NCBI GenBank assembly: GCA_964016885.1
Contig: OZ024742.1
Coordinates: 183,086,001 to 183,150,000, forward strand
Source: Eledone cirrhosa
Taxonomy: Eukaryota
Direction of reading: 5' to 3'
DNA: 64,000 bases
Positions 54,188 through 64,000 of the stretch are shown here, piece by piece (positions within the stretch are counted from its first letter, which is position 1; each line of letters opens with the position of its first letter). The notes beneath the pieces were generated by a model. The model was not told where the DNA came from. It worked only from the letters and a program-made list of their open reading frames with translations, and ran no database searches. Made by a program: the position numbers and the translations under genes.

Positions 54188-54241
<54 letters not shown>

Positions 54242-54736
54242 TTTATGTAATACATATCAGTTTGAGTTAACAACTCAACGAAAACTAACTACCTATATAT
54301 GTCACTGTTGTAACTAATTATACTTGACTCGTCCTATTGACTGAATACCATAAACCTTTCGATGCGTATAAGTTTCTACTACAATATATATGTATGTGTG
54401 TGCGTGTGTGTGCGTGTGTGTGCGTGTGTATGGAGGCACTCCGCCGGTTACGACGACGAGTATGCCAGTTGATATGATCAACAAAATAACCATCTCATGA
54501 AATTTACATGCAAGTGGATGAGCATTCCATAAACACGTGCACCCTTAATGTATTTCTCAGGGAAATTCAGTGTGACACAGAATGTGACAAGGCTGGCCCT
54601 TCGAACTACAGGTACAACTGATTTTTGTCAGCTGAGTGGACTGGAGTCGAATTCCCTAACCACATAGAGTTCCTTTTTAACTGCGACCACTTCCCGATAC
54701 CCAACAGGAATCAACCCATATATATAGATGTGTGTG

Positions 54737-54770
<34 letters not shown>

Positions 54771-54783
54771 CGTGTGTGTGTGT

Positions 54784-54882
<99 letters not shown>

Positions 54883-54895
54883 CGTGTGTGTGTGT

Positions 54896-54974
<79 letters not shown>

Positions 54975-55342
54975 TGTGTCTGTGTGTGTGTGTGTGTCTG
55001 TGTGTGTGTCTGTGTGTGTGTGTATCGAGCTTCAAGCTGAAGTATACTAGGATAAATATTTAAAGTAATTTATCGATATTTTAAGCTACATTAACACGAA
55101 ATGAACACAGGTCGAATTATCGATGATTGAAGAAATGAATTATATATTTCAAATATTGAAGGGAATTCCTGTTGTTTACTGTTATAGGCATAACTAATTA
55201 ATAATGGATTTCCGAATAGTAGAGCAGAGTCTAATTTATTTTATATTGAAGACTTCTACAGGACTACAACTGTTTCAACCGCATGATTATTTCATGCAAA
55301 TGAAACTGTCCTAGTCCTGTAAAATTAAATACACACACACAC

Positions 55343-55423
<81 letters not shown>

Positions 55424-55446
55424 CACATATGTATATACATATACTC

Positions 55447-55487
<41 letters not shown>

Positions 55488-55683
55488 ATATATATATATA
55501 TATGTATATATATATACATATATATATATAAATGTTGTGTTTGTCCACATAAGTTAGATAACATAGGATAAATACTGACGAAAATACATTAAAACAATAA
55601 ATATAGTTTATAACAATAATTTCAAACAACAAATTTACTCTAAAATAATCCGTGGGACATAGACTATATTCGTTGTTGTAGAC

Positions 55684-55796
55684 CAGTCATGGGTAAATTG
55701 CGGCCTGCAAACTCCCTTGAACTTATTACTAGTGTTGTTCGCCATTTGATGAGCCACGTCCCGTGAGGCCTGCTCGAAAACTGTTGCCTATGGCTG
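55684..55796. mobile_element. hAT-type MITE
   Basis: TIRs cagtcatgggtaa / ttgcctatggctg; 8-bp TSD ttgtagac / ttgttgac (7 of 8). Confidence 0.7.
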
Positions 55797-55957
55797 TTGT
55801 TGACTCTATAATATTAAATATTGTTTGTGTGTCCATTTGTCTTTATTTGTTTCTATTAAAATGTGTGTGTATGTATCTGTGTGTATGTGTGTGTGTGTGT
55901 GTGTGTGTTTGTGTGTCTTTAAGTTTCTCCACCCTATTTTATAAGCTCTTTTATAGG

Positions 55958-55988
<31 letters not shown>

Positions 55989-56250
55989 CACACACATATA
56001 TATATGTACACACACACACAAGTGCCGACTGAAAAGTTCAAAGGCTGACAAGGAGGAGTGATTAGAATCACTGATTAACTGCGAAATTTTGTTTGCACTA
56101 ATTTCAACTCTTCTTATTAAGAACCGCATTGTTTATTTCCAGGGGATATGCATATATATATGCATATATATATATGCATATATATGTATATTTATAATTA
56201 TATATTATATATATATATACATATATATTTATATATATATATATATATAT

Positions 56251-56435
56251 AACGAAAGAAGTCTGGTAAGGAACCAGATGAACCATAACGCACCAGAGTA
56301 CTCAATATTTAGGGTAGTAGAGTGGGTAATAGGAAAATGTTCAAGACCCCGAAGGCAGAGCTCAAGCCGTTTCGACGTCCAGAAATAGCCGTTGTACGGC
56401 CTGAGCTCTGCCGTCGGGGTCTTGAACATTTTCCC

Positions 56436-56436
<1 letters not shown>
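56251..56436 (-). mobile_element. family E hairpin element
   Basis: Homologous to 11743-11942, tail on the left. Confidence 0.8.
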
Positions 56437-56481
<45 letters not shown>

Positions 56482-57027
56482 TATATATATATATATATAT
56501 ATATACTTATAAATATCTATATCTACATATACATATATAAATATATGCTTGCATATATATCATTATACAAAAACATTTATATAAATTCTTAATAAGGTTA
56601 TGTCCGTATATATATAGGGAGAGTAAAAGTAACCGAGCATGCATAAATGTATATATAAATTTACACAAAATACAGAAATGTCAAAACCGCAATACCTCTA
56701 AATTTAAGTGATAAATACCCTTAATTAGTCTCATGTTATACTTTACCGCTGTAAATTTATGTTAAAAATTTCGCAAATTTTCGCAGTCTCTTACTTTACG
56801 CCGTATATATATTATGATATACTTCAGTTGCTTAGCGAACAAACATATATCTAAATTAACTACCAACACAAGCGCTAATAATATGCAAATTAATACGTCC
56901 ATTTCAGGATGCTACTACAAGTGACAGGGAATATAAGGCCCTTGATTACTAATTTTCTTGCGGTTTGTTTAAATTAGGTATATATATTTATAAGGCACTT
57001 GTAAGTTATACACACACACATACACAT

Positions 57028-57064
<37 letters not shown>

Positions 57065-58231
57065 TTATGTAGAACAAAGTGAATGAAGGAAGAACTTAGT
57101 ATGTTTTTTTCTTGGGTGGCTTTTCATACATATTTAAATATATTTTACTCTTTTAATTGTTTCCGTTATTAGATATTAGCTATGCTGTGGTACCACCTAT
57201 ATTTTTGTCGATCATATCGACATCAGTACTTTTTTCATGCACAAGTTATGCATGTCATAAGGGCTCCCCTACGACGCCATCAAGAATTGCGTGACCATAC
57301 ATCCATATGTACATATATATATAGAGACATACATACATACATACATACATACATACATACATACATACATACATACATACAATAACACCCACACCTGCAT
57401 ATACACACACACAAATACTTAGATATATATAGGTTTTTATCTAGTTGGTATTGTCTAAATCGCAATGGAAGAGTCTTGTTTCTATTGGTGAAAATTTATG
57501 AAATAATGGTTTCTTATATAGGCACAAGGCCAGTAGTTGGGGGGGGGGGGATTAAATCGAACCCAGTGCGTGACTGGTACTTTATTTTATCGACCCCGTA
57601 AGGATGAAAGGCAAGATTTGAGCTCAGATCATAAAGGGCCATAACTCTATGCTACAAAGCATGGTGTCCGACGCTCTACCGATTCTGCCAACCCACCGCC
57701 CTGAAAATTTATGAAATAATAAAACCAGAAGAACACACATACGTACGTACAAACGCACGCGCATACATACATACATGCACACGCACACACACATATGCAT
57801 ACATACACACATACATACATATATGCATACATGCATGCATGCATGCATACACACATACATACATACATACATATATACACACATACATACATGCATGCAA
57901 GCATGCATACATACACACATACATACATACATACATACATACATACATACATACATACATACATACATACATACATACATACATACATACATACTCTTTC
58001 AAGTCTGGTACAGAATGTAGATTTAACCGCTTCATTAGAGACCACTATAAACATACATATGGGGCAGAAACATGAAGGTACTTGTTTTCTGATGAAATGA
58101 CAATAATCTCTGAAATGCGGAAAAGTAATCTCTTTACTTGAACACAGGGAATATTAGAAATTATGTTTACACTTCTTTTGCTAGCGAGGATGCTAAATCC
58201 AAAATTTAGTTATATCTATATTAAATGTATC

Positions 58232-58308
<77 letters not shown>

Positions 58309-58630
58309 GTCTATACCTTGCGTGTAGAGAGAGAGAAAGGAATAGAGGGGGAGGTATGGAATCTAGTCAAAGGTGAGTTTGGGAAAGCAGCTAGCCAGAG
58401 TTTCTAATATTCAAGACTGGATGCATATATCTATATATCTCTATGAAATAATACGTTCCATCTGAAGCTTCCGGTTGCGATTGCGCAATGACAAAATAAC
58501 AGAAGCATACTACGTTTCCATCTGTATTTCGAAGATCGAACATAAGTTTGTAAAACAGCATGTGTGTATACACACACAAACACCATATATATATACACAC
58601 ACACACATGCTATATATATATATATATACA

Positions 58631-58710
<80 letters not shown>

Positions 58711-58808
58711 TATGTAGGAGGTGAGTTTTATTGTAGTACAATAAAACAATGCAGATATCGGATAAGAAGCACTCTACAGTTTGTAGGACTGGAGTATACA
58801 TAATATAT

Positions 58809-58846
<38 letters not shown>

Positions 58847-58882
58847 GCATACATATATATACACACACACACACACACATGC

Positions 58883-58915
<33 letters not shown>

Positions 58916-59060
58916 ATACATATATATATATTTACACACACCTGTATGTCTTTTATCAATTAACTTCTTCATAACACGTATTTATTGTCATTTTCTAAAA
59001 TCAGCGGACGTATACAACGATTTTTTTGCCAGTGATAGTATTGAAATTATATGTATGTGT

Positions 59061-59230
59061 GTTTCATTTGTAAGAAATCTTCAGGAAATCCTGATGATTT
59101 CTTACGAATGAAACAGTTCTTCTCCTGTAAAAGTTATTTCTATAATAAAATAAATATACCTATATTCGACTAGCGTATTGGGTGCCATCTTTTAACTGTG
59201 GTCGCCTTCTGATTTATATCGGAATTCTAC
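59061..59230 (+). mobile_element. fold-back element with hammerhead core (family of 61051-61257)
   Basis: CTGATGA 59091-59097, GAAA-cag..ctg-TA; inverted CTGAAGA copy at 59061-59086. Confidence 0.7.
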
Positions 59231-59533
59231 ACACACACACACTCATATATATATACATAGATACCAATTTGAACAGCTTTTTAAATAGACATACATACAT
59301 TGATTATTTAAATTGTGTTTATATTATGTAAGATGTATTTTATAAATATAATTTGCTAATAGCACCAGTAGTTGTTGTTTTCAACCTAGTCGCTATCTGG
59401 ACTTTCGAAAATGTCTTACTGCAAAATGTTCATTACAAAGAAAGTTATGAGAAAATGATCTATTTTTGTATCGTCCATGTATTCATACTTATCACTTTCT
59501 TTCTCATCATCTCATATATTTTAAAACTATATC

Positions 59534-59674
<141 letters not shown>

Positions 59675-59969
59675 GTGCGTGTGTTGATCATGTCTGTCTC
59701 TTTCTTTCTCGTCTATCTATGTCTACCATTTTATCACTGTACACTTAAGTATGTATAAGCCAAACAGGCTATGTGTAAGATAGCGAGTTCGTGCTAGGGT
59801 ACGTACGTATATACATATATAAACAAGCAGAGGTACATGCACGCACACACACACACATATTTATATAAAGAGGGAGATGGACTATCTATGTATTAACTAC
59901 ATATGTTTATATATATATCATATAAGCCTATAAACTGAAGTGGAGTATGTAAAACAATCACTCTATAAT

Positions 59970-60833
<864 letters not shown>

Positions 60834-60890
60834 TAAAGGACTCTAACATTTTTAACTTCGCATTTTCATCTTTATATATATACAGATATA

Positions 60891-61007
<117 letters not shown>

Positions 61008-61050
61008 TTATATATATGTATATATATAGACACACATATATATATATATA

Positions 61051-61254
61051 TAGATGAGATTCTACAAGACTAGAACTGTTTCATTCTTTAGAAATCATCA
61101 GGATTCCTGAGAAATCATCATGGATTCCTGACGATTTCTAAAGAATGAAACAGTTCTAGTCCTGTAGAATCTCATCTATATTAAAACTTTTATACTCTGC
61201 AATGTATTGAGTACCTTACTTACTGTGGTTACCTCCGATTCAACCCGGAATAAC

Positions 61255-61257
<3 letters not shown>
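61051..61257 (+). mobile_element. fold-back element with hammerheads on both strands
   Basis: Arms 61051-61106 and 61123-61178; the tail end recurs at 12255-12287 (-). Confidence 0.85.
61123..61171 (+). ncRNA. type I hammerhead ribozyme
   Basis: GATTC-CTGACGA-tttc-taaa-gaat-GAAA-cag-ttctagtc-ctg-TA-GAATC. Confidence 0.85.
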
Positions 61258-61306
<49 letters not shown>

Positions 61307-61309
<3 letters not shown>

Positions 61310-62685
61310 CTTGTGGAGGGTCATATTGTAATATGTTGCCAGAAATAATAACAGAATACACTCACTGTTTGGTTGGTTTTCCGCTTCTGTATCTTTTATA
61401 TCTCTATAGTTAATTTATTTGACGATCAATGTTTATCAATGATTGACCAGCGGTTAAAAATACAGATATAAATATATATATATAGTCTATCAAAGTTCTT
61501 TCGTTGCACATCTGCAACATCATCAGTGGTACTATTATCATGTTCCCTCCTATTGTATTGTATTGTAATGTTTACGCCATTTTTATTTTATTTATTTATT
61601 TATTTATTTATTTTTGTCTTCGTCTCTGCGCATGCGTTTGCGTGTGTGTATAGTGTTTGGTGTGTGTTTTCGCGTTTGGGTGTATGTGGTTTGGTTTTTG
61701 TATTCTATCTTTGTTTACTAGTGTGTGTTTATATGTGTTTGTTGTTATTGTGCTTGTGTATATATTTATTTATTTATTTATTTATTCATATTTCCCTTAA
61801 GTCAGTATTGTTTGTTGTTGTTATTCCATTCGTTTTTCCTCTTTAACTTTGGTTTTCTAAGCTCTATTTCACTCGCTTCTCTGATTTGCCTACCTGTTGG
61901 GTCATTTCTATGTTTAGATATTATTTTAATTTCTGTTTTGTCTATATTACCATCATGGCGTGTTCGTACAGTACTGAATCGTTTTGTTTTTTATTTGTTG
62001 TCCTTTTAATTCCCCCCAGTGCTGGTCTATTCTTTCTCCTATGCTTCGAACTGTCTCGCCTATGCATGTCATTGTAATGTTTCTGCAAGAACCCTCTGTA
62101 CATCTTATGCTATAGACTACATTTCTTGTTTTACCGTTTATCTGGGGGTTCACTTTACATATAACACATTTCTTATTAGTACAGTGGGTTTTCTTAAAGG
62201 GGTATGTTTTGCTGATCAGGGATTTTATGGTAGTTCATGGCTTTTCTACCACTTTAATCTTTAAGTGGGTCTTTCTTAGGGCCTTTCTACATTGGTTAGC
62301 TAATTTCCTCCCAGGAGTAGCATCCACGAACATGACACTCTGGTATCCCTGGTTGTCGTACCATGAAGTGGCTTTCCCTATCTTATGTTTAGTCCTATCT
62401 AAGCTATTCCATGATTTGCTCCTGTATAATGGGAAAATTCCTTTCATGTCCAGTTCTATGAAGGTCTTATATTTCTCCGTGGCTCCTTTGTATACTCTGA
62501 TTCTGTCTCTTTGGTTGTAGCCAGAGAACTGCATGCGGTTGATGAAGTGTTGGATGTGTCTTTCCATTTCAATTGGGTCGCACATGCGGGACACATTCTT
62601 CATCACTCGTATCAAGTCTGCGATCAGAATATTAAATTTAGCACTATTGGACATTGCTGAGTTTTTGAGTATCAGGTATTTGGAT
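61307..62685 (-). mobile_element. 5'-truncated Naiad-like Penelope element (RT thumb, zinc finger, GIY-YIG, pLTR)
   Basis: RMQFSGY, PLYR, VMFVDATPG, KIKVVEK, CTNKKCVIC (CX4CX2C), NVVYSIRC..IGET; hammerhead with CTGATGA at ~61485-61532. Confidence 0.9.
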
Positions 62686-62929
62686 ATCTATCTATCTAAG
62701 GCGGGTAAAATTCCCGAGATCCATGGACGAGTTCTCTCCAGCGGTCTCTGTCCCTCATTATCGCTGCCATATCCTGCATCTCCAACAGACCAGTGTCTGT
62801 CTTTAGGGCATCAACATATGTTAACCTTGGTCTTCCTCTTCTAGTGTGTCCATGTAGGGGCTCCCAAATACCTGATATATATATATATATATATATATAT
62901 AGTGGTTGTATTATTAGGAGTAGTAGTAA

Positions 62930-63092
62930 TATAAACTAAGTTCCATACACTTAACATGTATGTGCTACCATTGGTTTCGGGGTCCAGTCATGGCCACCAA
63001 TGTATAATTGAGGAGGCACTTTTAATTCCGGAATGTGGACGAACGAAGCTAATGGTAGTACATGCATTTTAAGTGTATGAAACTTTGTTTAT
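62930..63092. repeat. older diverged fold-back element
   Basis: Imperfect arms 62930-62997 and 63035-63092; minus arm reads GAAA-cca-a-tgg-TA. Confidence 0.6.
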
Positions 63093-63557
63093 ACTAAATA
63101 AGCTCTTTTCCAACAGATTGAGAACTGTTTTCCTTCATCTTTCATCTACAGATTTCTACCAACGTATAAATGCATATATATCCTAAATCTAGTTAATATA
63201 TGGCAATGTTAATTTATGATCTATCTTCGTCTGCATTTGATATTACAGAAATATATAATAATACGAAACGCCACATGAAGATCAATGCCACATATATATA
63301 AATATATTCATGCTTACACACACACTTGAGCTGGGGTGATAGAATTCATTGCTACATCTCTCTCTTCTCCTTTGCACACACTCACATGCAGAGAGACCGT
63401 ACGACATTACGAAATAGTCACAAATACGTTTATATATAGACACAATTACATATGCATACACATACACGCATGCTTACACACATGTTTACACATATATATA
63501 TGTGTGCATGTGTATATATATATACACACATATATATATACATACATATACATATAT

Positions 63558-63589
<32 letters not shown>

Positions 63590-63590
63590 C

Positions 63591-63675
<85 letters not shown>

Positions 63676-63936
63676 TTTCCATTTGTTAGTGGTGGGGTCG
63701 ATATGGTCGTTAGATTTCAATGTGGCCTTGAAGAAATGGTTTCAGCGAGATTGGGTGGTGTGTCCTATAGTTTTTATGGTAGGCGCTCACTGCGTAAGGT
63801 TTCCTCGAGTAAGAATCTGCCCAAGTTACAGAGTCATCTAGTCACATTATAGAGAGATTTTAAGGTTTCCCCTTCAAAAAATTGCTTTTCGTTTTGTCTT
63901 GTTTTCGTTTGTTCTCTTTGTTAATTTTCATGAGTT

Positions 63937-63982
<46 letters not shown>

Positions 63983-64000
63983 GGTTTCCCCTTCAAAAAA

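Noticed and set aside
56614-56805. Tc1-like MITE
   Set aside because: TIR match too weak
63672-64000. Possible PLE fragment and a 24-bp direct repeat at the window edge
   Set aside because: The core reads CTAGATGA (non-canonical) and the repeat is cut by the window end

Overview
Eukaryotic, gene-poor DNA, extremely rich in microsatellites ((TA)n, (CA)n, (GA)n, (AAT)n). The SINE/LINE repertoire points to a coleoid cephalopod such as Octopus (inference). I found no convincing host protein-coding exon, and most ORFs in the track are translations of simple repeats. Real coding signal is all transposon-derived: one near full-length and several truncated Tx1-group L1 elements sitting in (AAT)n tracts, one near full-length RTE LINE with C-terminal C2H2 fingers, RTE/RTEX/CR1-like fragments, Penelope-like elements (PLEs) of Naiad and Hydra type with GIY-YIG endonucleases, an hATm-like transposase relic, non-autonomous Helitrons, an hAT MITE and many tRNA-derived SINEs. 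The main signal missed by the ORF track is a dense population (more than 20 loci, about a dozen sequence families) of short fold-back elements and PLE terminal remnants, mostly in (TA)n tracts. They carry type I hammerhead ribozymes, often on both strands. They include U3-A8 core variants, long stem II insertions, 'half-ribozyme' hairpins that turn around inside stem II, and a shared GAGT(G/A)C motif in a one-sided 3' tail. Ribozyme calls come from manual motif and base-pair reading and were not folded or searched computationally.
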